From NCBI GenBank assembly GCA_012720075.1, contig JAAXZE010000030.1, positions 24,734 to 88,733 on the forward strand: a DNA stretch of 64,000 nt. The letters are read 5' to 3'. Below, piece by piece: positions 11,185 through 21,557 of this stretch (position 1 is its first letter; every line of letters begins with the position of its first letter). The stretch is from Clostridia bacterium. Lineage in GTDB: Bacteria > Bacillota > Peptococcia > Peptococcales > BICA1-8. The notes under the pieces were generated by a model. The model was not told where the DNA came from. It did no database searches and worked only from the letters and a program-made list of their open reading frames with translations. The position numbers were made by a program, and so were the translations under genes.

Positions 11185-12537
11185 TTGCGAAAAATTATTA
11201 TTCCTGTTCTGTTAGGTTTGCTGCTTTGGACGGGTTATTTTGGGTATACTCAACACAAGATGAATGAGGATTTAGCCCGCAGGACTGAAAATCAGTACCA
11301 AAGAAGCTTTCATGAATTGGTATGGAATGTTGAAACTATTAACTCTCAGCTGGCTCAGACCTTAATTAGTTCCAGTCCTGAGCAGGTAATGTTAAGTTTA
11401 ACCAACCTTTGGCGGGAAGCCTTTGCCGCCAGTTCCAACCTGGGCGGGATACCTATTGCCATGGTTGAACTGGATAAAACTGAAGAATTAATTAATGATA
11501 TAGCCGATTATAGTTATTTTATCCTCAAAAAAAATAATTTGGAAAATAAAAAGCTGACGGAAAAAGAATGGGATAAGCTCCAGGAATTATACGAAAGGTC
11601 CCTGGTAGTCAGGGATGAGCTGCAAAAAATAGAGTCAACGGTATTAAACCGGGATCTGAGTTTTGTTGAAGTGGAAACCGTTGTTTTGCGTAACGGCAAG
11701 AAATTGGATGACAATACCATTGTTGAGGGGTTCCAAACTATTGAGCAAAAAGTCAAAGCTTTCCCTGATTTGCAATTTGATGAAGGTGTCCATAAAATTG
11801 AACCCGAACCGAGATCCATTGATGGCAAGGAAATAACGGAAGAAGAAGCCGTTCAAATCGCCCGCAGGTTTATGAATGATCATGACGGACCCATTGCTGC
11901 TGCTGAAATGAGTTTTAGCGCCGACGGCAAGATCCCTGTTTTTGGCGTAAAAACCGTTAAAGAAGGGGAGAAAATACCTACCTATCTGGAAATAACTAAA
12001 AAGGGCGGCCATGTTATCCAGATGTATATGGAGCGGGCCATTAACGAATCCAAGCTTGATTTCCGGGCCGCTGAAGAAAAAGCCCGCCAGTTCTTAGAGA
12101 AACATGATTTTAAAGATATTGATCTGGTGGACATCAATACTGATACCAATACCGCTATCTTTACCTTTGTGCCTACCCAAAAGGGTGTCCGTCTCTACTC
12201 GGATATGGTCAAGACCCATGTTGCGCTGGATAACGGGCAGGTAATCGCCTTTGACCAAACCAGTTATCTTTCCTATCACCATGAACGGAACATAGGGACC
12301 CCTAAAATCAGAGAAGAAGAGATCACTAAAAGTATGAACCCCAATTTTGAAGTGCAACAAATAGCTCTGGCCTATGTCCCTTCGGAATTTAAAAAGGGTC
12401 TTGAAGTTCTATGTTATGAGGTGAGGGGTAAAATAAAGGAAGAAAGATTTATCCTTTTTGTCAACGCCGATACCGGAGAAGATTTTCGGATTGTGCGAAT
12501 TACCAAACCCCGGGAATTTGAAGTAACAGTTCGTTAA
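11185..12537 (+). CDS. ypeB: germination protein YpeB
   Basis: 450 aa with N-terminal anchor, YpeB-like N-domain and C-terminal PepSY-like repeats. Classic sleB-ypeB pairing. Confidence 0.8.
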   Translation: MRKIIIPVLLGLLLWTGYFGYTQHKMNEDLARRTENQYQRSFHELVWNVETINSQLAQTLISSSPEQVMLSLTNLWREAFAASSNLGGIPIAMVELDKTEELINDIADYSYFILKKNNLENKKLTEKEWDKLQELYERSLVVRDELQKIESTVLNRDLSFVEVETVVLRNGKKLDDNTIVEGFQTIEQKVKAFPDLQFDEGVHKIEPEPRSIDGKEITEEEAVQIARRFMNDHDGPIAAAEMSFSADGKIPVFGVKTVKEGEKIPTYLEITKKGGHVIQMYMERAINESKLDFRAAEEKARQFLEKHDFKDIDLVDINTDTNTAIFTFVPTQKGVRLYSDMVKTHVALDNGQVIAFDQTSYLSYHHERNIGTPKIREEEITKSMNPNFEVQQIALAYVPSEFKKGLEVLCYEVRGKIKEERFILFVNADTGEDFRIVRITKPREFEVTVR

Positions 12538-12553
12538 AAATAAATACGAAAAA

Positions 12554-12585
12554 TAGCAAAAAAAGGGCCGGTTTCATACCGGCCC
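12554..12585 (-). terminator. intrinsic terminator for the minus-strand ORF (possibly bidirectional, also ending ypeB)
   Basis: Stem GGGCCGG/CCGGCCC, 7-nt loop. The A-run on the + side gives a T-run in minus sense. Confidence 0.65.
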
Positions 12586-12619
12586 AAAACTTTGCCTCAA
12601 AGGCCCACTAGCCTCAAAT

Positions 12620-12976
12620 TTATACTAAACCTTTGTTTTGTTTAATTATATTTACACATTCTTCAACCTTATCCTCTGAAGTGACAATGGTCAGCAGAAT
12701 ATTTCTTGAACCTATCCTTTCTCCGCTCAATCCACTGGAGGCAGTCGAAGCGGCCAATAAAGGTCCAACATCACCGGCTGTTCCCTGACCGCCCGTATGG
12801 GTTAGAGAAGCAAGTGAATAGGCTTCATTTATTGGACTGTTGTATCCTCCGGTATCTTCAGTTGGGACCTCGCTTATTCTGTCTATCTGGATTGTGTTTA
12901 TACCTTTTTCCTGCAGGATATTTTTTACCTTTTGCGCTGTTTCCATAGTTTCAAAAAAGGCCAGTATTGAGGACAA
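12620..12976 (-). CDS. hypothetical protein
   Basis: 118-aa ORF. TTG start lies 9 nt after GGAGG (complement of 12986-12990). A terminator follows in minus sense. No family recognised. Confidence 0.45.
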   Translation of the reverse strand: MSSILAFFETMETAQKVKNILQEKGINTIQIDRISEVPTEDTGGYNSPINEAYSLASLTHTGGQGTAGDVGPLLAASTASSGLSGERIGSRNILLTIVTSEDKVEECVNIIKQNKGLV

Positions 12977-13133
12977 TATTCATAACCTCCTTACAAAAAC
13001 GTTGGCTCTCGTCTATTAGTCATTATTGCTCCTTTATCTTTCCCCATATCTGATAAATTATCCCACAAATATCATCCATTTATGTTATTATTATTCTAAA
13101 AACGTAGTAGCAATAACAGGTGAGGTGATAGAG

Positions 13134-13415
13134 TTGTGGTTAATAGTGGGAGCTTTGGCCTTAGGAGTTTTAGTGGGTTATTCCGATATACTTCCCAATG
13201 GCATCTTTAAATGGAATAATAGAATTACAATGGTTGGTTTGGCCGTTCTTTTATTTACAATGGGAATTAGTATCGGCAGTAATAACGAAATAATAAGCAA
13301 CCTTGATACCCTTGGTTTAAAAGCCTTCTTGCTGGCCCTGGGCAGTGTCATAGGCAGTATTTTTTTGGCTTGGTTTTTACAAAATAACTTTTTTAGAGGT
13401 GGAGATAAGAGGTGA
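13134..13415 (+). CDS. LysO-family (DUF340) membrane protein, small subunit
   Basis: Hydrophobic 93-aa product. TTG 13134 follows GGTGAGGTG. Overlaps the larger DUF340 partner. The ORF-track start 13026 is implausible. Confidence 0.55.
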   Translation: MWLIVGALALGVLVGYSDILPNGIFKWNNRITMVGLAVLLFTMGISIGSNNEIISNLDTLGLKAFLLALGSVIGSIFLAWFLQNNFFRGGDKR

Positions 13416-14014
13416 TTTGGCTAATCTTAGGATCTTTATTTTTGGGAATGCTAATAGGTAAATTAGGAATGCCGGTAATCCTGGCCGGCCATTTAGACTT
13501 AATCAGTAATATGGCATTATATATTTTGTTATTCACCATCGGTTTGGACCTGGGACAAAACAAGGAAGCCTGGGTTAAAATAAAAGGCTTTGGCTACCGG
13601 ATCCTTTTATTGCCTTTAGGAATAGCCCTTGGCAGCATTTTAGGCGCTCTTGCCATTTGCCTGCTGATTAATTTTCCTTTTAATTACGGGGCCGCCGTAG
13701 GGGCTGGTTTTGGGTGGTATAGTCTTTCCGGAGTGCTTCTTAAGGAATTGGTAAATGTAGAATTGGGAACCATTGCCTTTCTGGCAAATGTCTTTAGAGA
13801 ACTAATGGCTGTGATAATAATTCCCTTTATTGCCTTGCATTTGGGGGGAATTACTGCAGTGGCTCCCGGAGGCGCTACTTCTATGGATACTACCTTGCCA
13901 ATAATTACAAAGACTGCGGGTGTTGATGTTGCGGTAATGGCCTTTATAAGCGGTGCCGTCTTATCAGGATTGGTGCCTATATTGGTGCCGTTATTGGTGA
14001 ATTTGCCTATTTAG
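13412..14014 (+). CDS. LysO-family (DUF340) membrane protein, large subunit
   Basis: 200-aa polytopic membrane protein. 4-nt overlap with the upstream small partner. Confidence 0.65.
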   Translation: MIWLILGSLFLGMLIGKLGMPVILAGHLDLISNMALYILLFTIGLDLGQNKEAWVKIKGFGYRILLLPLGIALGSILGALAICLLINFPFNYGAAVGAGFGWYSLSGVLLKELVNVELGTIAFLANVFRELMAVIIIPFIALHLGGITAVAPGGATSMDTTLPIITKTAGVDVAVMAFISGAVLSGLVPILVPLLVNLPI

Positions 14015-14032
14015 AAAAGTCTCCCCAGAATA

Positions 14033-14061
14033 TTGACAGAATAAAATCGTAATATTAAGCT
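14033..14061 (+). promoter_or_regulatory. possible promoter upstream of the C-A-B composite and argS
   Basis: Perfect TTGACA, 17 nt, weak TAAGCT. If real, the argS 5' UTR is about 340 nt of repeat modules. Confidence 0.3.
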
Positions 14062-14094
14062 AAAGGATATTGGATGGCAATTATATAATGTAAT

Positions 14095-14127
14095 AAGGTT
14101 AAGGTTTCACTTCGCTAGGTTAAGGTA
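14095..14127 (+). repeat. Family C block (GGTTAAGG..TTCGCT-TCGCTAGGTTAAGG)
   Basis: AAGGTTAAGGTTTCACTTCGCTAGGTTAAGGTA. Confidence 0.8.
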
Positions 14128-14153
14128 ATTGTGATATTGGGTATACATTAGAC

Positions 14154-14350
14154 AATGTATCCGATGAAAGTAGGTCTTTCGGGATGCATCAGCTTATATG
14201 CAAAATGCATGATGCATCCGATGAACGCCAATTAAAATTGATGCATCCGAAAAATATTACTTAAAAGATGATGCATCCTTTAAGCTAAACCTAGATGCAG
14301 ATGGGTCAGAGATAGTTTAACATTCATGAGATACATCCCAAAAAGTTTCC
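14154..14350 (+). repeat. Family A element, full copy (GATGCATC-rich imperfect palindrome, about 195 bp)
   Basis: Four exact GATGCATC boxes. Ends are inverted: ATGTATCCGATGAAAG at the 5' end, CATTCATGAGATACATCCC at the 3' end. About 88% identical by eye to the inverted copy at 17985-18190. Confidence 0.85.
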
Positions 14351-14358
14351 TTAAACCT

Positions 14359-14394
14359 AGTCACACTTACGCACTAACCCACTTACACACTTAA
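14359..14394 (+). repeat. Family B array (CACACTWA 8-mers) abutting the argS RBS
   Basis: AGTCACACTTACGCACTAACCCACTTACACACTTAA, then AATTGAGGTG and ATG. Confidence 0.8.
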
Positions 14395-14410
14395 TAATTG
14401 AGGTGTTGAA

Positions 14411-16087
14411 ATGAGTATTGTAGAAAAATTAAAAAATAATATCAAAGAGCGGATTATTAATGCCCTTGAATTAAACAGGGCGGAAGGCAAGCTGAATTTT
14501 AGTGAAATTCCCTCTTTTGTTTTGGAGGTTCCCCGGGAAAAGGCCCATGGCGATTTCGCCGCCAATGTTGCCATGCTGATGGCCAAAGAGGCCAAAATGA
14601 ATCCTCGGGCTATAGCCCAATTAATAGTCGACAAACTTTCATTAGAAGGAACCTGGGTGGAAAAGGTTGAAATTGCCGGACCGGGATTTATAAATTTTTA
14701 TTTGGATTTCCGGTGGCTTTATGATGTTTTGCCTTTGGTAGAAGAACAGGACGAGGATTACGGTTCCAGTTATGTAGGGCAAGGAACCAAAGTACAGGTT
14801 GAGTTTGTCAGTGCCAATCCTACCGGTCTCTTACATATGGGAAATGCCCGTGGGGCAGCTTTAGGTGATACTTTGGCCAATCTTTTAAAGAAAGCGGGCT
14901 AATCGGTGACCAAAGAATTATATTTTAATGATGCCGGCAATCAGATAGAAAACTTCGGCAAATCTTTGGAAGCCAGGTTTTTGCAGCAACTAGGATATGA
15001 TGTTCCTTTTCCTGAAGAGGGCTATCATGGGGAAGACATTATCGATACCGTAAAGAGAATTATTGAAAGGGACGGTCGGGTCTATTTAGAAATGGACCCC
15101 GAAGAACGGAGAAAGAAGCTGACTGAAATAGCCCTTGAGGAAAAAATTGCGGCAATAAAAGCCGCTTTGGAAAACTTCGGCGTCATTTATGATGTTTGGT
15201 TCAGTGAGAGTACTTTGCATCAATCAGGGGCCATTGATAAGGTTATTCAAGAATTAAAGGAAAAAGATTTAGTATATGAACATGAGGGGGCCTTGTGGTT
15301 CCGCTCCAGTCGTTTTGGGGCCGATGATAAAGATGAGGTAGTCGTCCGTTCCAACGGAGTGCCTACTTATTTTGCAGCCGATATTGCCTACCATAAAAAC
15401 AAATTTGAGCGGGGATTTGATTGGGTTATCAATATTTGGGGCGCTGACCACCATGGTCATGTTGCCAGGATGAAAGGTGCTTTGGAGGCAGTTGGCTATG
15501 ACCCCGACAAATTAACGGTTATACTGATGCAATTGGTTCGTCTTTTCCGGGGCGGGGATATTGTGAGAATGTCCAAGCGGACCGGCCAGTATGTCACTTT
15601 AACCGAATTGGTTGAAGAAGTAGGCAAAGATGCCGCCAGGTACTTCTTTGTAATGCGCAATCCCGACAGCCACCTGGACTTTGACCTGGATTTGGCTAAA
15701 CAGGAATCTTCGGAAAACCCTGTCTACTATGTTCAATATGCCCATGCCAGGATTTGCAGCATCTTAAAGTCCATAGGCCAAGAACAGCCGATGGCAGCCA
15801 ATACCAGGCTCGATCTTTTAAAAGAACCGGCCGAATTGGAATTGCTTAGAAAAATCGCCGATTTGCCTGATGAAATAGCTCAAGCGGCCAAAGCTTTGGA
15901 ACCCCATCGTATTGCCAGGTATGCCCACGATTTGGCCGGAGCTTTTCATACCTTTTATAACAGTTGTCGTGTACTGACTGATGATCAAGAGTTAAGGGAT
16001 GCCCGGCTGGTATTGGTTAATGCAACCAGGATTACCCTCCGCAACGTCTTAACCCTCTTAGGAGTCAGTGCTCCCGAAAGAATGTAA
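14411..16087 (+). pseudogene. argS: arginine--tRNA ligase interrupted by one in-frame TAA (14900-14902)
   Basis: ORFs 14411..14902 and 14906..16087 share one frame. Junction reads [23 protein letters not shown], where ArgS normally has Gly-Tyr-x-Val. HMGNARG (HIGH) and MSKR (KMSK) motifs are present. Confidence 0.85.
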
Positions 16088-16126
16088 TCTAAAATTTAGC
16101 GAGGTTTGGTAAAATCGTGAACATGG

Positions 16127-16169
16127 AGAGTGTACAAGCTGTTTTCAGTTTGTATACTCTACTTTTTTG
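16127..16169 (+). terminator. intrinsic terminator after argS
   Basis: 11-bp stem AGAGTGTACAA/TTGTATACTCT with one G-T pair, 11-nt loop, then ACTTTTTTG. Confidence 0.7.
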
Positions 16170-16192
16170 TGGTATAAACTAGCTATATATGC

Positions 16193-16221
16193 TTGACAGT
16201 ACAATTGCAGAAAGATAGAAT
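16193..16221 (+). promoter_or_regulatory. sigma-A-type promoter for pyrG
   Basis: TTGACA, 17 nt, TAGAAT. Confidence 0.75.
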
Positions 16222-16226
16222 TGTAA

Positions 16227-17885
<1,659 letters not shown>

Positions 17886-17891
17886 TCTAGG

Positions 17892-17918
17892 CCCTGGAGG
17901 AATTTTCTCCGGGGTTTT
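17892..17918 (+). terminator. probable terminator after pyrG
   Basis: Stem CCCTGGAG/CTCCGGGG with one wobble pair, 7-nt loop, TTTT. Confidence 0.5.
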
Positions 17919-17932
17919 CGCTATGTCCATTT

Positions 17933-17980
17933 GTCTGTGAGTGTGTTAGTGTGTAAGTGTGTTAGTGCGTAAGTGCGACT
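17933..17980 (-). repeat. Family B array, inverted
   Basis: The + strand reads GTGTGTTAGTGTGTAAGTGTGTTAGTGCGTAAGTGCGACT, the complement of CACACTWA words. Confidence 0.8.
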
Positions 17981-17984
17981 AGAA

Positions 17985-18190
17985 CTAAGGTAACTTATTA
18001 GGTTGCATCTCATGCATGCGAAATAATCCCTGACGCATCTGCATCTGGGGTTAGCTTAAAGAATGCATCATCTTTTTAGTAATATTTTTCGGATGCATCA
18101 ATTTAAATTGTCATTCATCGGATGCATCATGCATTTTGAGTATAAGCTGATGCATCCCAAAAGACCTATTTTCATCGGATACATCATTTA
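17985..18190 (-). repeat. Family A element, full copy, inverted orientation
   Basis: The reverse complement aligns end to end with 14154-14350, including the internal segment GATGCATCCGAAAAATATTACT.AAAAGATGATGCAT that the other copies lack. Confidence 0.85.
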
Positions 18191-18212
18191 ATGTCGCTTT
18201 CATGTTATTATA

Positions 18213-18316
18213 CTTACCTTAACCTAGCGAAGCGTAATCTAGTCAACGAAGTTGACGTAACCTTTGATCTACCTTTCCAACTCTTCCAACATTCCAACTT
18301 TTCCAACTGAAAATTT
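18213..18316 (-). repeat. Families C and F, inverted (with the B and A copies at 17933-18190 this completes an F-C-A-B composite read on the minus strand)
   Basis: CCTTAACCTAGCGAAGCG...GTCAACGAAGTTGAC, then CCTTTCCAACTCTTCCAACATTCCAACTTTTCCAACTGAAAAT. Confidence 0.8.
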
Positions 18317-18357
18317 GCGTTCTTGATTGAAAGTCTGAAAGGATGGTGGTAGTAATT

Positions 18358-19434
18358 ATGCAGGCCCGGTTAATCAATGAAAATGAACGAGAATATTTTA
18401 ACAATTTTGTGGCCTCCGTTCCGAAAGGACACGTTCTTCAGTCCTATGAATGGGGAGAGATTAAAGCAAAAACAGGATGGAAACCTTTAAGGATGATTGT
18501 TGAGGAGAACGGTCAACCAATTGCTGCCATTTCCATATTAAAGAGAACTATTCCGGGGCTGAAAAAAGCGATTTTTTATGCTCCTCGAGGTCCTGTTGTT
18601 GATATCAATAACCAAAAAGTTTTTGATTTTTTAATGGCTGAAGTAAAAAAACTGGCGCAAAAGCATAAGGCCATTTTTCTAAAAATTGACCCTGATATAC
18701 CGTCAGAAAATAAAGCTTTCAAAGAACTTCTTTTCTCCCGTGGGTTTCGTTCCGCTGAGAAAGGAGAAGGTTTTGAAGGAATTCAGCCCAAATATGTTTT
18801 TCGTTTGGACATTACCCCTGATGAAGAAACCCTATTAGCCAATATGCACAGTAAAACCCGCTATAATATCCGTTTGGCTGAGCGGAAGGGCGTAACAATA
18901 AAAACCGATTGCACTAAAGAAGATTTAAAGGTCTTTTATGACATTTTGTTGGAAACATGTGAAAGGGATAAATTCCTGGTCCGGTCTTACAGCTATTTTG
19001 AAGACATGTGGGATTTCCTGGTAGAACGGGGTTACGGCAAGTTGTTTTTGGCTCAATATGAAGGAAAATATATAGCAGGTACCCTTGCCTTAAATTTCGG
19101 CGAAAAGGCTTGGTACCTTTATGGAGCTTCCAGCAACAATTATCGCAATGTTATGCCCAATTATCTCATTCAATGGACCATGATAAAATGGGCCAAAGAA
19201 ATAGGCTGTACCCTGTATGATTTCCGTGGAGTTCCCGGCGACCTCTCAGAAGATAATCCTTTGTACGGTCTATATAAATTTAAAAAAGGTTTTAACGGTG
19301 TTTATACCGAATTTGTCGGTGAATATGATTTGATTTACTCTCCTTTTTATTATTGGTTATGGCATACCGCCGAACCTATCTATCAAAAAGGGATTCGAAA
19401 ATTTATAGCGTTGAAAAAGAAAATTAAAAAATGA
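18358..19434 (+). CDS. FemAB-family peptidoglycan interpeptide-bridge aminoacyltransferase
   Basis: About 360 aa. FemAB-like sequence (HSKTRYNIRLAERKG, WYLYGASS..YRNVMPNYL). Confidence 0.75.
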   Translation: MQARLINENEREYFNNFVASVPKGHVLQSYEWGEIKAKTGWKPLRMIVEENGQPIAAISILKRTIPGLKKAIFYAPRGPVVDINNQKVFDFLMAEVKKLAQKHKAIFLKIDPDIPSENKAFKELLFSRGFRSAEKGEGFEGIQPKYVFRLDITPDEETLLANMHSKTRYNIRLAERKGVTIKTDCTKEDLKVFYDILLETCERDKFLVRSYSYFEDMWDFLVERGYGKLFLAQYEGKYIAGTLALNFGEKAWYLYGASSNNYRNVMPNYLIQWTMIKWAKEIGCTLYDFRGVPGDLSEDNPLYGLYKFKKGFNGVYTEFVGEYDLIYSPFYYWLWHTAEPIYQKGIRKFIALKKKIKK

Positions 19435-19442
19435 AACTGTAT

Positions 19443-19539
19443 AAGATGCATCAGATGAATGTAAGTCTTTAGGGATGCATCTGCTTTTTAGAAAAAAGCA
19501 TGATGCATCCGATGCATGACCGGTAATTTTGATGCATCG
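19443..19539 (+). repeat. Family A element, 5' half only
   Basis: AAGATGCATCAGATGAATGTAAGTCTTTAGGGATGCATCTGC...CATGATGCATCCGATGCATG...TTGATGCATCG, then switches to family E. Confidence 0.75.
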
Positions 19540-19552
19540 ATTATCTACTATT

Positions 19553-19627
19553 TGACATCGTGTCATCGTGTCACAGTGACATCAATTTTTAGTTGGAAAA
19601 GTTAGAATGTCGGAAGAGTTGGAAAGG
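19553..19627 (+). repeat. Family E (GTGACATC/GTGTCATC/GTGTCACA) plus family F (GTTGGAAAA-type) arrays
   Basis: TGACATCGTGTCATCGTGTCACAGTGACATC, then AATTTTTAGTTGGAAAAGTTAGAATGTCGGAAGAGTTGGAAAGG. Confidence 0.8.
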
Positions 19628-19664
19628 AACATATTCTTTGTCATAGAATAATAGATACCTAAAA

Positions 19665-19803
19665 AATAATTCTCAACTCTCCACTCACACACTTAAATGT
19701 TCCAGTCACCAGTCACCAGTCACTAATTGGTAGATTACTGGGCACAGGGCACTGGTCACTTGGCACGGGACAAAAATTTTAACCCAAAAGTTCAGACAAG
19801 CCA
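19665..19803 (+). repeat. Composite G(inverted)-B-H-I upstream of alr
   Basis: AATTCTCAACTCTCCACTC; CACACACTTAA; CCAGTCACCAGTCACCAGTCACTAAT; TACTGGGCACAGGGCACTGGTCACTTGGCACGGGACAAAAATTTTAACCCAAAAG. Confidence 0.8.
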
Positions 19804-19826
19804 GCCCCTAATCCCTTAAAGAAGAG

Positions 19827-21017
19827 GTGTTCCTGTTGTACAAGTGGATAGAAATTGACTTGGATGCAATTAAAAATAACTTTTTACAGGTTAGGCAGTA
19901 TATAAATGCCCAAACTAAAATCTTAGGGGTTGTTAAAGCTGATGCCTATGGCCATGGATTGGTGGAGGTAAGCAAAGAATTGGAGCGGCAAGGCATTGAC
20001 TACCTGGGAGTTACGGAGATTGCCGAGGGTATTAAACTTAGAGAAGCCGGGGTAAAAACTCCCATCCTGGTCTTCGGTCCTTTTTTGCCCGAAGACGCCG
20101 GTTCTTTTCAGCAGTATCAGTTAACTGCCACTTTGTCCTCACTATCTATGGTCGAAAAGCTGATTGATTTGGGCTTGAGCCTGACGGTCCATTTAAAAAT
20201 AGAAACCGGTTTTGGCAGGACCGGATTAAAATATGCAGAATTGGATAGGCTTGTTGAACTGCTTAATAATAATGAAAACATAAATATTGAGGGGATCTAT
20301 TCCCACCTGGCGACCGGTATGTGGGCCAATCCTTCCTTTGCCAAACAACAGTTTAGTGTTTTTTTGCAAGCTGTTGAATTTTTAGAAGACAAAGGTTTAA
20401 TGATTCCCCTTAAACATATCTGTAACAGTGCAGCCTTGGTAAAATTCCCGGAGATGCACCTGGATATGGTCCGAGCCGGGACAATCCTTTATGGTCAAGA
20501 AGCGGCGGGTCGGGAAGATTTTAAAGGCCATTTGCAAAATGCCTGGAGTTTAAAAGGACAGGTTACATATATTAATGAATTGCCTAAAGGCCATTCTATC
20601 GGTTATGAGCGGACTCATATTTTAAAGGCTCCCTCCAAAACGGCTATTGTTCCCATAGGGTATAGCCATGGCTTTTCCGTAGAGCCTGTTCCCAAACCTA
20701 AGGGGGTTTTGGACTTAATAAAAGTTGTTGGTAAAATAATTCTCCGGTTTTTTGATCATCCAAAAGTTAAAGTTTATGCTCAAATAAGAGGTAAAAGTGT
20801 CCCTGTTCTGGGGAAGGTGGGCATGCAGATGACCGTTTTTGATGTTACCTCCATACCCGACTTGAAAATAGGGGAAATTGTCCAGCTCCCGGGAAGACGG
20901 ACCAATATAAGTCCCTTGCTGCCGAAGGTGTATTTAAAGGACAAAAAACCTGTGAGTGTCAGCAAAATCGATGAAAAATATGAGCAAATTGGTAATATTT
21001 TTTCTTTGCAGGATTAA
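19827..21017 (+). CDS. alr: alanine racemase
   Basis: GVVKADAYGHG PLP-lysine motif and W.EIDLDAIKNN N-terminus. Start is uncertain: GTG 19827 or TTG 19836. Confidence 0.85.
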   Translation: MFLLYKWIEIDLDAIKNNFLQVRQYINAQTKILGVVKADAYGHGLVEVSKELERQGIDYLGVTEIAEGIKLREAGVKTPILVFGPFLPEDAGSFQQYQLTATLSSLSMVEKLIDLGLSLTVHLKIETGFGRTGLKYAELDRLVELLNNNENINIEGIYSHLATGMWANPSFAKQQFSVFLQAVEFLEDKGLMIPLKHICNSAALVKFPEMHLDMVRAGTILYGQEAAGREDFKGHLQNAWSLKGQVTYINELPKGHSIGYERTHILKAPSKTAIVPIGYSHGFSVEPVPKPKGVLDLIKVVGKIILRFFDHPKVKVYAQIRGKSVPVLGKVGMQMTVFDVTSIPDLKIGEIVQLPGRRTNISPLLPKVYLKDKKPVSVSKIDEKYEQIGNIFSLQD

Positions 21018-21138
21018 TGAAATTTATCAAGAAATAATAACCCGGAAATGTCTCATATGTCATTGATTTGCCGCGACACAGAAAGGAAGTCGACTCTTCC
21101 AAAAAGTCTGTTCACCAGTCTAGCAAGGAGTGTTTGCA

Positions 21139-21501
21139 ATGAGTGGTAGAAAAAAAATCCTTGTCGTTGATGACCAATATGGAATTCGTGCTCTTTTGAC
21201 CATGGCTTTGGATAAATATGACGTCAAAGAGGCATGCAACGGTAGGCAGGCTTTGGAACTGGCAAGAACATGGGAACCCGACCTAATGATCATTGATATG
21301 AAAATGCCCATTTTAAACGGTGCAGAAACCATTATGAGCTTGAAAAATATCGACTGGAAATGTAAGGTATTGGTAATGACTGCCTACGATAATAATTACC
21401 GATTGGATAATTCTCAAATTTCCGGATTTATTAGCAAGCCCTTTGATATTGACGAATTAATATCCATGGTCGATGACATCTTGCAAAATTCCGAAGAGTA
21501 A
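21139..21501 (+). CDS. spo0F: single-domain response regulator, Spo0F-like
   Basis: KILVVDDQYGIR and SKPFDIDEL match Spo0F signatures as I recall them. Position upstream of fba-tal-glpX-rho matches Bacillus. AAGGAG RBS. Confidence 0.7.
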   Translation: MSGRKKILVVDDQYGIRALLTMALDKYDVKEACNGRQALELARTWEPDLMIIDMKMPILNGAETIMSLKNIDWKCKVLVMTAYDNNYRLDNSQISGFISKPFDIDELISMVDDILQNSEE

Positions 21502-21557
21502 GGCAGGAATTTAGGTTTGTATCAAGAATCTTTTAATGGAAAGGAGGTTGCCACAAG

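Noticed and set aside
14015-14410. Possible T-box or other tRNA-responsive leader upstream of argS.
   Set aside because: I found no T-box consensus (GGTGGnACCGCG-like) or specifier-loop architecture. The region is fully accounted for by repeat families C, A and B.
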